From Priapulus caudatus (taxonomy: Eukaryota): a stretch of 50,681 nucleotides of DNA. Position numbers and translations under genes: made by a program. The number at the start of each line of letters is the position of its first letter. The first letter of the stretch is position 1. The stretch is from the NCBI RefSeq assembly GCF_000485595.1, contig NW_014577064.1, positions 1,008,780-1,059,460 on the forward strand, written 5' to 3'. This document shows positions 38,205 to 50,681 of the stretch, in pieces. The notes beneath the pieces are model-generated. The model was not told the DNA's origin, did not search any database, and worked only from the letters and a program-made list of their open reading frames with translations.

Positions 38205-39028
38205 GACTATGTCAGATGAGCTAAAAATGCAATGCGGTACAATTACTCATGTACTTGCTCCCATTACATTATGGCGGAGTGGGACGTCTCCTGCAAAAAT
38301 TCACCATATATCTCTGGGTAAAGTAGGCAGTACCAATTGGCAAATTGCATAGTTATATTATAATTCGAACAATTGAACATTTCGCTACGCACAGATACCA
38401 AAATGGAGGCGGTTGGTTGTGTATTTTTCTCGGTGATTGTGTGATACGAAGCGAACGTCGTGTGAATTTTTGCAGACACGCTTTTCCACCCACTCTAGTA
38501 TAACTATAACTAGTATAATATTATTATTAATATTAATAAGTATAATTTTGTTGTTTGTGCTCAGCAGCGTCCGTGTGGTGAACTTGTCTTGTCTTGTAGA
38601 GCAGTTGAACGGAATTTACAGAAAGTTATTACTAATCTACATCTACAAGTTATCTTGAAAAGGGTCGTAGACCCATCACTGAAGTTGTCAGTGGTGACCG
38701 AGTCACGCAGAGTCAGAGTACAGTACGCACGCGGCACAGTACTCAGAGTCAGTAGGCTACACCGCCGCTAACGCTAGAGCGCAGTATCTTCAAGATAATC
38801 TTGTAAGCGCCAGCTAAAAAAAACATGTAACATACGCTATATGTAAACACCATTAGCTAAAACACAGTAACATAGCAAAGGTAACAGGAAATGTTGCAGA
38901 AAACTTACAAATCCGCCGATATGCTAAAACTAAATGTCAACATAGGCCAGTTGTGTATGTGCTGTGGGCTGTGGTGTGTGTGTGAGGTGGGTGTGTGTTG
39001 TGGTGGTTGTTTAGGTGTGATGTGTGAG

Positions 39029-41911
39029 GGGTTAGGTTAGGCGTTAGGTCAGGAATACGGGGGTGATAGGGTTAGGGTTAGAGGGCGTTAGGAGTAAGGC
39101 TTAGGGTTTAGGCGTTAGGGATTTACGGATTAGGGTGAGGGATAGGTCAGGGTAGAGGGGGGGCGGGGTGTAGGGTAGCGGTTAGCATGAATTAGGGTTA
39201 GGGATAGGTTAGGATACGGTTAAGGGTTAGGGTCAGGGTAGGATGAGGTTAGGGATAGGGTCGGGTACGGTTAGGGTTAGGTTAGGGGTGTAGGGTTAGG
39301 GGTAGGGTTTAGGTAAGGGTTAGGGTGTAGGGGTCAGGGTAGGGGTGAAAGGGTACGTATGGGATAGGGTTAGGGGTAGGATTAGGATACGGGTTGAAAG
39401 GTTAGGGTTAGGGGTTAGGGTTAGGCGTTATGGTGTGTACGGGGTGTAAGTAGGGTTAGGGGTAGGCAGTTCAGGGTCAGGCGGGTAGGGTACGGGTTAC
39501 GGGTTAACGGTACGGTCTAGTATAGGTTAGGGCAGGGGTCTAGGGTTAGGCGGTTAGGATCTTAGAGGTTATGGAGTCGTCAGGGGACTAGGGGTTACGA
39601 GTCGCGGGAGCAGGAGTTAGGGTAAGGTGAGGTTACCTATCATATTCTCGATATATACATAGTATAAGATAATATATACTTATATACAGAATATATGGTC
39701 TACGTCTGTTATATACATATATATATGAAATCAAGTATAACTCTAATAAGGGTATAGCGTCCGCGGGGATAAGGTTAGGGCTCCGGGATAGGGTCGTAGG
39801 TCCCGGGTTGGCTGGCCAGCTGGAGGGGGAGGAGTTAGGGTTAGGGTTAGGTTAGCCGTTGGACGTTAGGGTCAGGATAGGGTTTCTGACGTTAGGCGTT
39901 AGGGAGTCACGGAGTAGGGTTAGGGTTAGCGGTGGCGGTTAAGGTCCGCGGATACGGTTAAGGGTCTCTCCGTGGAAGGTTAGGGTCCGGAGAGGGATTA
40001 GTGCCCAGAGATAGATATAGCGATAGAGAGGTAGGAGGCAAGGAGAGAGGGAGAAAGAGAGGAGAGAGAGAAAGAGAGAGAGAGAGAAGAGAGACGAGAG
40101 AGAGAGAGAGAGAGAGAGGAGAGAAGCGTGCTGCGTGGTGTGTGTGGTGTCGTGTGTGTGCAGAGAAGAGATCAGCGATAATAGGAGAGTAGAGCGCACG
40201 TACGTGTGTTGTGGTATACAACGAGAGAGAAGAGAGAGAGAGAAGAAGAGACTGTAGGTAAGCCGCCGGAGAAAGTGCAAAGATAGCGAGAAGAGAGAGA
40301 TAAGCAGGAGAGAAGGGAAGAAGATAGATAAGCGAGAAGAGAGGGGAAGAGAGAGGAGTAAAGAGAGAGAGAGAAAGGAGACGACGAGAGAGAGAGAGAG
40401 AGAGAGGAAGAGACAGCGCTGTGTGTGCTGTGTGTTGTTGTGTGAGAGAGAGAGAGAAGAGAGAGATCGAGAGGCGATAAAGAGAGGAGCCGACGCGCGT
40501 AACTGTGTGTGTGTGGTGTGTGTGGTGCGGTGTAGTGCGCGGCTGCCCACAGCAGAGTGTGTGTGTGTGTGTGTGTGTGGATTAAAGAGGAGGCCGCACC
40601 GTACGCGCTGTTTTCGTCGTGTGAAAATCAGAGAGAGAGAGAGAGAGAGAGACGAGAGAGAGAGAGAGAGAGAGCTAGAGACAGGCGCGCCATGTGCGGT
40701 GTGGCGGTGTGTAGAGAGAGAGAGAGCAGAGAGAGAGACGAGAGAGAGAGAGAGAAAGAGAGGAGAGAGAGAGAGAGATCAGCGGGCGTGCCTGTGCGGT
40801 GTTTAAAGAGAGAGAAGAGAAGAGAGAGAGAAGAGACGAGAGAGAGAAACCAGAGCACGACAGCGGCGTGTACGTATTGTGGTCTGTATGTGTTGTGTGT
40901 GTGGTGTGATGTGATCCCGATAAAAGAGAGAGCGCGCTACGTACGTGTGTGTGTGTGTGTGTAGTGTGTGTTTGTTGTGTGTGGGTGTTGGTTGTGTGTC
41001 GTGATGTAGGGTTTTAGGGATAGGGTAGGGTTAGGGTCAGCGGATATGGGGTAGGGTTAGGTGAGGCTTAGGTTCAGGTTAGGGTAGGGTTACGTTAGGG
41101 TTAGGGTTTAGGTCAGGAGGTAGGTAGGGGTCAGGGTTACGGTTTTAGGGTTAGGATACGGGTTTAGGGATACGGTGTAGCGGTTTAGGGTCAGGGGTAG
41201 GATTAGGGTTATGGGCATAAGGTAGGTAGAGGTTACGGTTAGGATGAGGGTTAGGGTTAGGTAGGGTAGGGTCAGGAGGGGTGGGGTACGGTTAGGGATA
41301 CGGGTAGGTAGGATTAGGATAGGGTTACAGGTAGGGAGTTAGGTGTAAAAGGGTTAGGTTAGGTAGGGTTACGGTAAGTGATTAGGGTCAGGTTAGGGTC
41401 AGGGGTAGGGGTGTAGATGTTTAGGTTGAGGGCGTAAGGTTAGGGTTAGGGTTAGGGTCAGGGGAGGTGTTACGGTTAGGGTAGGGTATAGGAGTCCGGG
41501 ATAGGTTAGGAAGTCCCGGCGAGAGGGTAGGGTTACGGTTAGTGTTTACCCTATGCATATTCATGCGATATAGGTACATACATATAGGAGGGATATATAT
41601 ATATGGTATACATTCATATATAGGTCAGGTGTGTACGATACTAGCATATATATAGGGTATAGTATACTCTCTATATAAAGGGTTAGGGTCGCGGCATAGG
41701 CTTAGGGTCGCCGGATAGGGGTTAGGGCGGGTTAGGGTAGGGTCCGGCGAGAGGGTAGCGTTACGGTTAGAGCTTACGTTAGGGGTTAGGGTCAGGGATA
41801 GGTTCGAGTTAGGGTTAGGGTCACGGATAGGGTTCACGTGTTAGGGTTGGGGTTAGGGTCCGGGATAGGGTTAGGGTCCGGGATAGGGTTAGGGTCCGGG
41901 AGAGGGTTAGG
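39029..41911 (+). repeat. Interstitial telomere-like (TTAGGG variant) blocks within a ~2-kb unit present twice
   Basis: G-rich blocks at ~39029-39636, 39751-40000, 41005-41545 and 41679-41911. The cleanest part reads (TTAGGG TCCGGG ATAGGG)n. Confidence 0.85.
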
Positions 41912-41956
41912 CCAGAGATAGATAAGCGAGGAGAGAGGGGAAGGAGAGAGGGAGAA

Positions 41957-42006
<50 letters not shown>

Positions 42007-42024
42007 GGACAGGCCGTCGGGAGT

Positions 42025-42070
<46 letters not shown>

Positions 42071-42113
42071 CAGCGATAAAGAGAGAGAGCGCACGTACGT
42101 GTGTGTGTGTGAT

Positions 42114-42154
<41 letters not shown>

Positions 42155-42267
42155 AGCGGAGAGAGTGGAAAGAGAGAGAGAGAGAGAGCATAACGAGAAG
42201 ATAGGTGAAAGAGAGATATGATAAGCGAGAGAGAGGGGAAGGGAGAGGAGAAAGAAGTAGAGAGAGA

Positions 42268-42318
<51 letters not shown>

Positions 42319-42322
42319 CAGC

Positions 42323-42376
<54 letters not shown>

Positions 42377-42396
42377 TAAAGAGAGAGCGCGCGCGT

Positions 42397-42435
<39 letters not shown>

Positions 42436-42956
42436 CCAGAGCCTACGCGAGTGCGGTGTGTGGTGTGTGCTGGTGTGTGTGTGATAACCAGAGAGCGCGC
42501 ACCGTACGTGGTTTGGTTGATAAAGAGAAGAGAGAGAGCGATGAGAGAGAGAGAGAGAGAGAGAGAAAAGAGAGACGAGGCGAGACGCGGGCATTGTTGC
42601 GTGTGCGTTGTTGTGTGTTAGAGAGAGAAGAGAGAGAGAAGAGAGCAGAGAGAGATGAAGAGAGGAGAGAAGAGAGAGAGAGAGAGGAGAGACAGCGGCA
42701 TGTGCGTGTGGCGTAAGTGTGTACAGAGAGAAGATCGAGAGAGAGAGAGAGAGAAAAGAGACGCAGCGGCGGTACCGTATGTGTGTCTGTGGTGTGTGTG
42801 TGTGTGTGTGTCAGCGCGAAAAGGAAGAGCGCGCACGTACTGTGTTTGTGTGTGTGTTGTGTTAGTGGTGTTTGTGTGTAGTGTGTGTTGATAAAGAGAG
42901 AGAGAGAGAGAGATGAGAGAAGAGAGGAGAGACACGGGCATGTGCGTGTGTTGGGT

Positions 42957-42991
<35 letters not shown>

Positions 42992-43048
42992 GCGAGGAGA
43001 GAGGGGAAAGAGAGATAGATAAGCGAGGAGAGAGGGGAAGGAGAGAGG

Positions 43049-43117
<69 letters not shown>

Positions 43118-43226
43118 AGAGAGAGAGAAGAGAGAAAGAGAAGAAAGAGAGACGCAGCGTGCTGTACGTAGTGGGGTGGTGTGTGGTGTGTTGTGTGTGG
43201 GGTGTGTGTGTGTGGTGTGTGTGTGA

Positions 43227-43265
<39 letters not shown>

Positions 43266-43485
43266 AGGTAAGCGAGGAGAGAGGGGAAAGAGAGAGAGAG
43301 AGAAAGAGAGAGAAAGGTAAGCGAGGAGAGAGGGGAAAGAGAGAGAGAGAGAGAGAAAGATAAGCGAGGAAAGAGGGGAAAGAGAGAGAGAGAGAAAGAT
43401 AAGCGAGGAGAGAGGGGAAAGAGAGAGAGAGAGGAGAGAGAAAGATAAGCGAGGAGAGAGGGGGCAAGGACGGCGCAGCGTACAC

Positions 43486-43535
<50 letters not shown>

Positions 43536-43630
43536 GACAGCGTGCGTGCGTGTGTGTTAGAGAGAGAAGAGAGAGAGAGAGGGGAAAGACAGGCGGGCGT
43601 GTGCGTGTTGTGTTAGAGAAGAGAGAGAGA
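41912..43630. repeat. Compound (GA)n/(GT)n satellite with recurring anchor motifs
   Basis: Repeated TAAGCGAGGAGAGAGGGGAA and GAGAGCGCACGTACGTGTG. Confidence 0.85.
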
Positions 43631-45176
43631 GGACCCTGAGATGAGAGAAGATCTGCCGATCGACAGCCAAGTGCTGCGCGCTATGAAAGCCATACGCTCT
43701 CCGAGCCCCGGAGACCCAGTGTTGTTGTTGTATGTTGTGGTGTGTGTGTGTATGTGTGTGGTGTGTGTGGTGTGTGTGCGTGTGCTGTGTGTGTGTGTGG
43801 CTGGTGTTGTTGTGTAGTCTAGCAGCAGCCATCATGTCATGCAATACCAAGCATCGTACTACGTAGCTACTGGATAACAACCATCCTACAAACAGCCTAT
43901 TTAACCCTATTCGGGGGTAGCGCGTGCTGCCTCTTCAATCACTAATAGTACCTACGACTCCTAGCTACCCTACATCGCGCCGAATTCAATCTCATTCGTC
44001 CCACACCAATCTGAACAACGGCACACACGCCACACATATACACCACGTCATGTCATTGATGGCAGTACAAGGCGATCTTTCTTCATAGTGGCTGGCACAA
44101 CGCCCCGACGCCCGCGCAACGCCACAGCAACAGTGCGCAACGGCGCCCTCCCCCCATTCATTTGCCATCGCGCCTTGCCGTATTCTTCATACTCCTCGCA
44201 GTCGCTCCTCGCAGGAATGCCGTCATACACCCCGGGCTCGTCCATACAAACCGGTGCAACACGCTGGAGCAATTACCGCCCCCTTATCGCTGACTGTGAT
44301 CGCCGGCAGAGACCGAATATATATACTGCTAAAACAGCTAATATCTATGAATATATACATCCGGCATCATCCTGTGCCGTCGCAAGGAATTTAATTCATA
44401 ACCTGACAACTTGGTGTCTACACTTCCAAACCTTGTCCAGTATATACATACCTATATAGCCGTGTCTCTGGGAAAGCAATCGAATATCATATCATATATA
44501 AATGCCTATGTGAAACCTTCTGGTCGGCTGCAGGCTTTTATATCCATGCACGTCGGCAACAGTCGCCAAGCACTTACCACATTGCCCCAAGTAATACATA
44601 CCTAACGCCTGCTTTCTCATCGCCACGCCAATAACGAGTATAATTCATAATATAACACACCTACTCAGCATCACAACAACCGCCATGTCAAAGTGGTAGT
44701 CGCGAGGACCAGCAATATATCATGCATAGGGAAAGTACCTAGCGAGTCGGGGCAGACCGCAGAGAGAGAGAGAGGGGGGCAGGGGGAGGTGTGTATATTG
44801 TGTATGTGTGTTATATATGCGTATATGTGGTATATCTGTTGTATCCGCATATATATTAATATATGATCTATATATACATATAGATACTATATATATATAA
44901 TAATATATATAGATATATATATAAACACGTGGGATATGTGTATATTATATGAATGTATGACATATATCTCTATATATAGTAATTATAGACATGATATCAG
45001 ATATATAGTAATTTATACATCATACTATAATAATATTACTATATATATATTTTCTATATATCTCTGTATATAGCAAGTCGCACGTAGCAACACAGTGTAT
45101 ATAGGCATAGTGGCGCCATCTAAGTCGCCAGAAATAATCGCCTTTTATTGGCTACAGTGTTCTCTAGCCGCTGAGC

Positions 45177-46517
45177 CGGCTACACCGCGCTAACGCTAAG
45201 AGCGCAGTATCTTCAAGATAATCTTGTAAGCGCCAAGCTAAAAAAAACATGTAACATACGCTATATGTAAAACCATTAGCTAAAACACAGTAACATAGCA
45301 AAGGTAACAGGAAATGTTGCAGAAAACTTACAAATGCCGCCGATATGCTAAAACTAAATGTCAACATAGCCATTAATGATTAACACAAGAACCGACAATC
45401 TACAGCGCCACGCCGAGGCGCCATCCAGATGGGAAATCATTTCCCATTGGCGACATACATAAGGAAAAATTCCCGTTAATCAGCAGAGATCTTTTCGAGA
45501 AATTACAAAAAACTCGTTCACGATTTTTTATGTAAACAAACTTTTTCCGCGACACACGTGAAATCGCCACTTTGCAACAAAGATTTGCGGCAAAAAAGTA
45601 AGCTTCTTTTGAAAATTCTCCGGCCGCCATAGGAGTTCAAGTTCAAGTTCAAGTTCAAGTAAAATTTATTTTCATTGGTATATATATAATGAACATTATT
45701 AACATAAGCTAAGAGCTCTTGCACCGATATCAACCAAGAGTAAATAGATAGAGGAGTGTGCAGCGGACGCCACCACCCACACCGCCATATAGATACATCA
45801 GGAGCGTATAAGCAAAATCTTGTCATATACGAATCCTGATATCACTCAAAGAGCTAATAATATATACCTACAAAAAAAAAGTATTATTAGCTCTTGATAT
45901 CATAAGTAACACATAATCATTATGTATATATATGATTTGTGTATAGATATTTATTAGTTTTGAAATTAACAATTCAGAGTTCAAATCCGCATGCGCATAG
46001 AACTGAATATAGATAACCGATAGAGAATAATATAACTATATGGTTTATCTAATTATGTCTACATATTCTAACCGCTTTCCCCCAGAGAAATAAGTATAAA
46101 AATCCCGCCCACGCGATACGCCGCAAAACGACCTCATCTGAACGGCTGTTTCAGGCCGCCCCAGCGCTCATAGGGCTGATTAGCAGCGTGCATGTAATAC
46201 CCTGCATACGCTGAGGGAGTTTTATGTATTTTTTTGTTTTTGGTGTAATATATGCATGCATTAATTAAGAAAACAATTAATATCTAAATGAAATATGCGA
46301 TTTTAAATCATTATCAATGACAATACAGACAAAAGGTTGCACACTAATCGCAATTGTGGGGGTTTCTGCAACGTTCGTGCTGCTGTGAGAAAAAGTGCGT
46401 GTGTGTGTTCGTGTCGTGTGTGTGTTGTGGTGGTGTGTGTGTGTGTGTGTGCTGTGTGTGTGAGTGGTGTGTGTGTGTGTAATGTGCGGTGCGTGCGTGC
46501 GTGTGTGTGCGCAGTGT

Positions 46518-46554
<37 letters not shown>

Positions 46555-46765
46555 CGTGTCGTGTGTGTGTGGCGGTGCATAGGCGTGCGTGCGTGTGGCA
46601 CGTCGCTGCGCAGTGGGTCTTGCGCGCAAGTAGTGTTAAACATTATACTCTATTTATATTACATTGGTGTATCGTTGTTGTAATCTTTCATGTATATGTG
46701 TTTTATTCTAGTAAATGTTTTCCTTTCCATTAATCAGATTAAAAGTTTTTCTTTTCTATTGTTCA
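45177..46765 (+). repeat. Noisy duplicate of 38755-38949 plus 49301-50681
   Basis: Collinear with both segments; differences are indel-rich. Confidence 0.88.
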
Positions 46766-48883
46766 TCAATGGTAACGTGTATAGCAGGAGGACGAGTTCG
46801 CTTACGTTTCCACTGTTGTTGTGAAGGCTGATGTATTTGTTATTGTATCATTTTTATTTATTAGTCATCATGGTAACGTATATAAATAAACAAATATATA
46901 AAAATATATATACGATAAGTAAAAACACACGGACACCCGAAGAGATAAGATAAATTTAAAAATAGAATTAGGTGTCAAAATTTTATTACGCGAGCTTGCG
47001 AGAAGCATATGTCTCTTTGTCAGGCGACAACAACAGAAACTAGAAAGCACGTTATCTTTGAAATACAATGCGATAGGCGCGTCCACCAATGGGACAAATA
47101 AAATAAAATAAACCAAAATTAAACAGACACACATATGATTGGTTGATTGAAAACAGCAGAGACCAATGCGCGTTTACCAGACTGATAAATAAAAACAAAC
47201 ACACACACAATGTTATTGTGTGAGAAGTGATGAGACAACATAAAGAAACAAGACAAGCTAATAGCTAAAAAGAAACCAACAAAGAAGCGACAGCGCATAA
47301 CAATAGTACATCAGAAGGCCCTATCGCGTTATCCAATAAAAAACAAAATGCACCGAGCATACAAATATATCAATACAAATAATAAATAAATAAATATATA
47401 TATATATATAAATAAATGTACATATATAATAGACAAAATAAATCCATAAACACGCGTGCGTATACAAACATTTACATGTAATAAATATTTACATTCATCC
47501 CGTCAGTAAGGCATCCCACTCTTAAAACATGAATTTTTTGTCAATATTAAATTTGACGCTGTGTTGTGTGCAATGCGTATTAATTGGCAATACGAAAACA
47601 AAACGTGGTAAAAGCTGATGGTTGTATTGTATAGCCGCCGAGGAAGAGACATGTTCTCGGAAGCTCGCAAAATGAAAAAATTGACACCATATTCTATTTT
47701 TCTATTATAATTTTCTATATCTACATGGGAGTCTGTGTGTTTACTTCTATTTTTACTATATATATATATATAATTATACAACCCCACCCCCTGTACGACA
47801 TTGTTGGTCTCCGATACATAGGCTGCTAGGATATTAAAAGCGAGCTAACAAACCAGCTTACGTGGTTGCATAGTGACGAGCGTTAGTAACGCACCATAGA
47901 TACAATCATCACTAGGCCCTACTGTTCACCGCGCCAGGTTATGTTTAATCCATTACTGCTCATTCATATTATTGCACTTTGTTTTATAGTTCGCGTGTTA
48001 TCATTTGTTCAATCAGCATGAAGAAAATGCTAACTCTGGAGGAAGAGGTGGGAAACAGCAGAGAATCCTGGTGTACTCTTGAGCGAAACAACTGCGAATC
48101 ATGGCTGCGCACGCAGCGGCGTCACTACAAGAATGAGATGCAGAGCACGGTATTTACGGTAATTGCTTTTGTATTCACCCACACGCTCTTTAGTAAGTTT
48201 TAATGAATAAGTTCTTTCACGTTAAACAAGCACGCACGCGCACACACATACGCACCCACGCGCACGCGCGCACACACACACGCGCGCGCGCACACAGACA
48301 CACAAGCACGCGCGCGCACACGCAAGCACGCGCGCAAACACACATACACACTCACACACGCACGCACACACACACGCGCGCGCGCACACACACAGGCAGG
48401 AATCTAGTGTCGCATTGACTAGGGTACGTCACGAATTGTCTATGGTGTATAGCCTACACACTTGTAAAAATTTTGTTGCAATTTTTTTACATGAAAAGTA
48501 AGTACTAACGGGACTAAATATATCCTCAAATTCATACCCGATAAGATTTTCAACTAGTTAAAAATCCAAACAAGTGCCGCAGAGCAACAGCGCTCAACTG
48601 ACGTGTACTGTAGCCAATTATTCTTCTGATAAACTCACTGGCAACCGAATCAAGTGCGCCCTCCCGTCACCGCGTTCGCGCTCAGAGCATATATCTAGGA
48701 TACTACTAATACAGATCAAAAATCTATGATAGGCTTTGCTATTATCATCAGTGAGAGAGGGGGAGATAGAGAGAGGGAGAGAGAGAGGGGGAGAGAGAGA
48801 GAGGGAGAGAGAGAGAAAGAATTATGAATACAGACAGACAAGCAAACACAGAATGCATGCATGCATACAGAAAGACAGACAGA

Positions 48884-49290
48884 AATAACGACATCAACAC
48901 TGATTTATCGTTCCACAGAATGACCAGCGATGCAGCCAGCAGACCAGCAATAACGACATAAACACTGATTTATCGTTCCACAGAATGACCAGCGATGCAG
49001 CCAGACCAGCAATAACGACATCAACACTGATTTATCGTTCCACAGAATGACCAGCGATGCAGCCAGACCAGCAATAACGACATCAACACTGATTTATCGT
49101 TCCACAGAATGACCAGCGATGCAGCCAGACCAGCAATAACGACACAAACACTGATTTATCGTTCCACAGAATGACCAGCGATGCAGCCAGACCAGCAATA
49201 ACGACACAAACACTGATTTATCGTTCCACAGAATGACCAGCGATGCAGCCAGACCAGCAATAACGACACAAACACTGATTTATCGTTCCA
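48884..49290. repeat. 62-bp tandem minisatellite, ~6.5 copies, running into an N gap
   Basis: Unit AATAACGACATCAACACTGATTTATCGTTCCACAGAATGACCAGCGATGCAGCCAGACCAGC. Confidence 0.95.
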
Positions 49291-49602
49291 NNNNNNNNNN
49301 GAAAACTTACAAATCCGCCGATATGCTAAAACTAAATGTCAACATAGGCCATATTATTTTAACACAAGAACGACAATCTACAGCGCCACGCCGAGGCGCC
49401 ATCCAGATGGGAAATCATTTCCCATTGGCGACATACATAAGGAAAAATTCAGCAGAGATCTTTTCGAGAAATTACAAAAAACTCGTTCACGATTTTTTAT
49501 GTAAACAAACTTTTTCCGGCACACACGTGAAATCGCCACTTTGCAACAAGATTTTGCGCGAAAAAGTAAGCTTTTTTTGAAAATTCTCCGGCCGCCATAG
49601 GA

Positions 49603-49768
49603 GTTCAAGTTCAAGTTCAAGTTCAAGTAAAATTTATTTTCATTGGTATATATATATACAATGAACATTATTAACATAACTCATAAGCTAAGAGCTCTTG
49701 CACCGATATCAACCAAGAGTAAATAGATAGAGGAGTGTGCAGCGGACGCACCACCCACAGCCATATAG
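49603..49768 (-). mobile_element. Probable LINE (L2/CR1-like) 3' end: AATAAA plus (TTGAAC)n tail; duplicate near 45635-45790
   Basis: Minus strand reads ...GAAAATAAATTTTACTTGAACTTGAACTTGAACTTGAAC. Confidence 0.5.
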
Positions 49769-49775
49769 ATATCAT

Positions 49776-49821
49776 CAAGAGCTAATAATACCTAAAAAAA
49801 AAAAGGTATTATTAGCTCTTG
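49776..49821. mobile_element. CAAGAGCT-family palindromic mini-element
   Basis: CAAGAGCTAATAATACCT-(A)n-AGGTATTATTAGCTCTTG; same arms as the 21575 element. Confidence 0.75.
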
Positions 49822-49908
49822 ATATAACACATAATCATTATGTGTTTTATATGATTGTGTTATATGATATTTATTAGTTTTTGAAATTAACAATTGCAGA
49901 GTTCTAAC

Positions 49909-49969
49909 CATAGAAATAATATAGATAACCATAATAATAATATAGATGGTTATCTATATTATTTCTATG
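49909..49969. mobile_element. 61-bp palindromic mini-element (CATAGA termini) with 8-bp TSD
   Basis: CATAGAAATAATATAGATAACCAT...ATGGTTATCTATATTATTTCTATG flanked by GTTCTAAC on both sides. Confidence 0.82.
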
Positions 49970-50336
49970 GTTCTAACCCTTTCCCCCAAGAAATATATGT
50001 CATATATAAAAATGCAGCCCACGCGGATACGCCGCAAAACGACCTCATCTTTGACCTGTTTCAGCGCTCCAGCGCTCATGGGCTGATTAGCACGTGCATG
50101 TAATACCTACATACGCTAATGTTATTTTATGTATTTTTTGTTTATTTGTGTAATATTATGCATGCATTAGAAAATCAATTAATATCTAAATGAAATATGC
50201 GATTAAATCATTATCAATGATAAATAAACAAAATGTTGGCACACTTAATCGCATTGTGGGGTTTCTTCACGTTCTTGTAGTGTGAGAAAAGTGTGTGTGT
50301 GTGTGTGTGTTGTGCGTAGTGTAGTGTTGTGTGTGT

Positions 50337-50384
<48 letters not shown>

Positions 50385-50436
50385 TGTGTGTGTGTTATGT
50401 GCGGTGGCGTGACGTGCGGTGTAGTCGCGTGTGTGG

Positions 50437-50469
<33 letters not shown>

Positions 50470-50681
50470 CGTGCGTGTGTGTGTGGCGGTGCATGGCGTG
50501 CGTGCGTGTGCACGTGCGGCGCGCAGTGTGTCTCGTGCGCGCGTATGTGTATACATTATATCTATTTTATATTACATTGGTGTATTTTTGTATCTTTCAT
50601 GGTTATATATGTTTTATTTCTTAGATAAATGTTTTCTTTATTAATTCTAGATTAAAAGTTTTTCTTCTATGCTACTCATCG

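Noticed and set aside
38271..38317. MAEWDV... resembling the eIF3e N-terminus
   Set aside because: Similarity ends after five residues and the DRHL motif is absent; kept only as an unassigned possible exon.
39029..41911. True telomere or end-to-end chromosome fusion site
   Set aside because: The repeats are degenerate, internal and in one orientation, with no head-to-head TTAGGG/CCCTAA junction.
43860..44760. GC-richer segment with 74-123 aa ORFs
   Set aside because: No recognisable domain, and it lies in the low-quality gap-fill zone.
48884..49290. CRISPR-like array
   Set aside because: Units repeat over their whole length with no unique spacers, no cas genes, and the context is eukaryotic.

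Overview
Eukaryotic (invertebrate-metazoan-like) genomic DNA, not prokaryotic. Two spliced genes could be reconstructed by hand on the minus strand: a RILP-like (RILPL1-type) dynein-adaptor gene (CDS 28885->22848, 8-9 exons, about 427-444 aa) and an SRSF3/7-family SR protein with an extra N-terminal RS tract, an RRM and a CCHC knuckle (CDS 37395->33185, 5 coding exons, about 190 aa). The SR gene also has a candidate poison exon and a uORF. A third, unidentified gene is suggested by a signal-peptide-like first exon (10192->10117) and indel-damaged downstream exons. The rest is repeats: large (GT)n, (GA)n and (ATGT)n arrays, 20/22/62-bp minisatellites, a TTAGGG-variant interstitial block, LINE fragments, several MITEs, and a set of ultrashort CA...TG palindromic insertions with 7-8 bp target duplications. 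Much of 2.9-18.4 kb and 38.9-50.7 kb looks like noisy long-read or gap-fill sequence with false duplications, so claims there are tentative. Nearly all ORF-track entries are microsatellite translations. I found no CRISPR array, rRNA or tRNA, and no clearly new multi-gene system.
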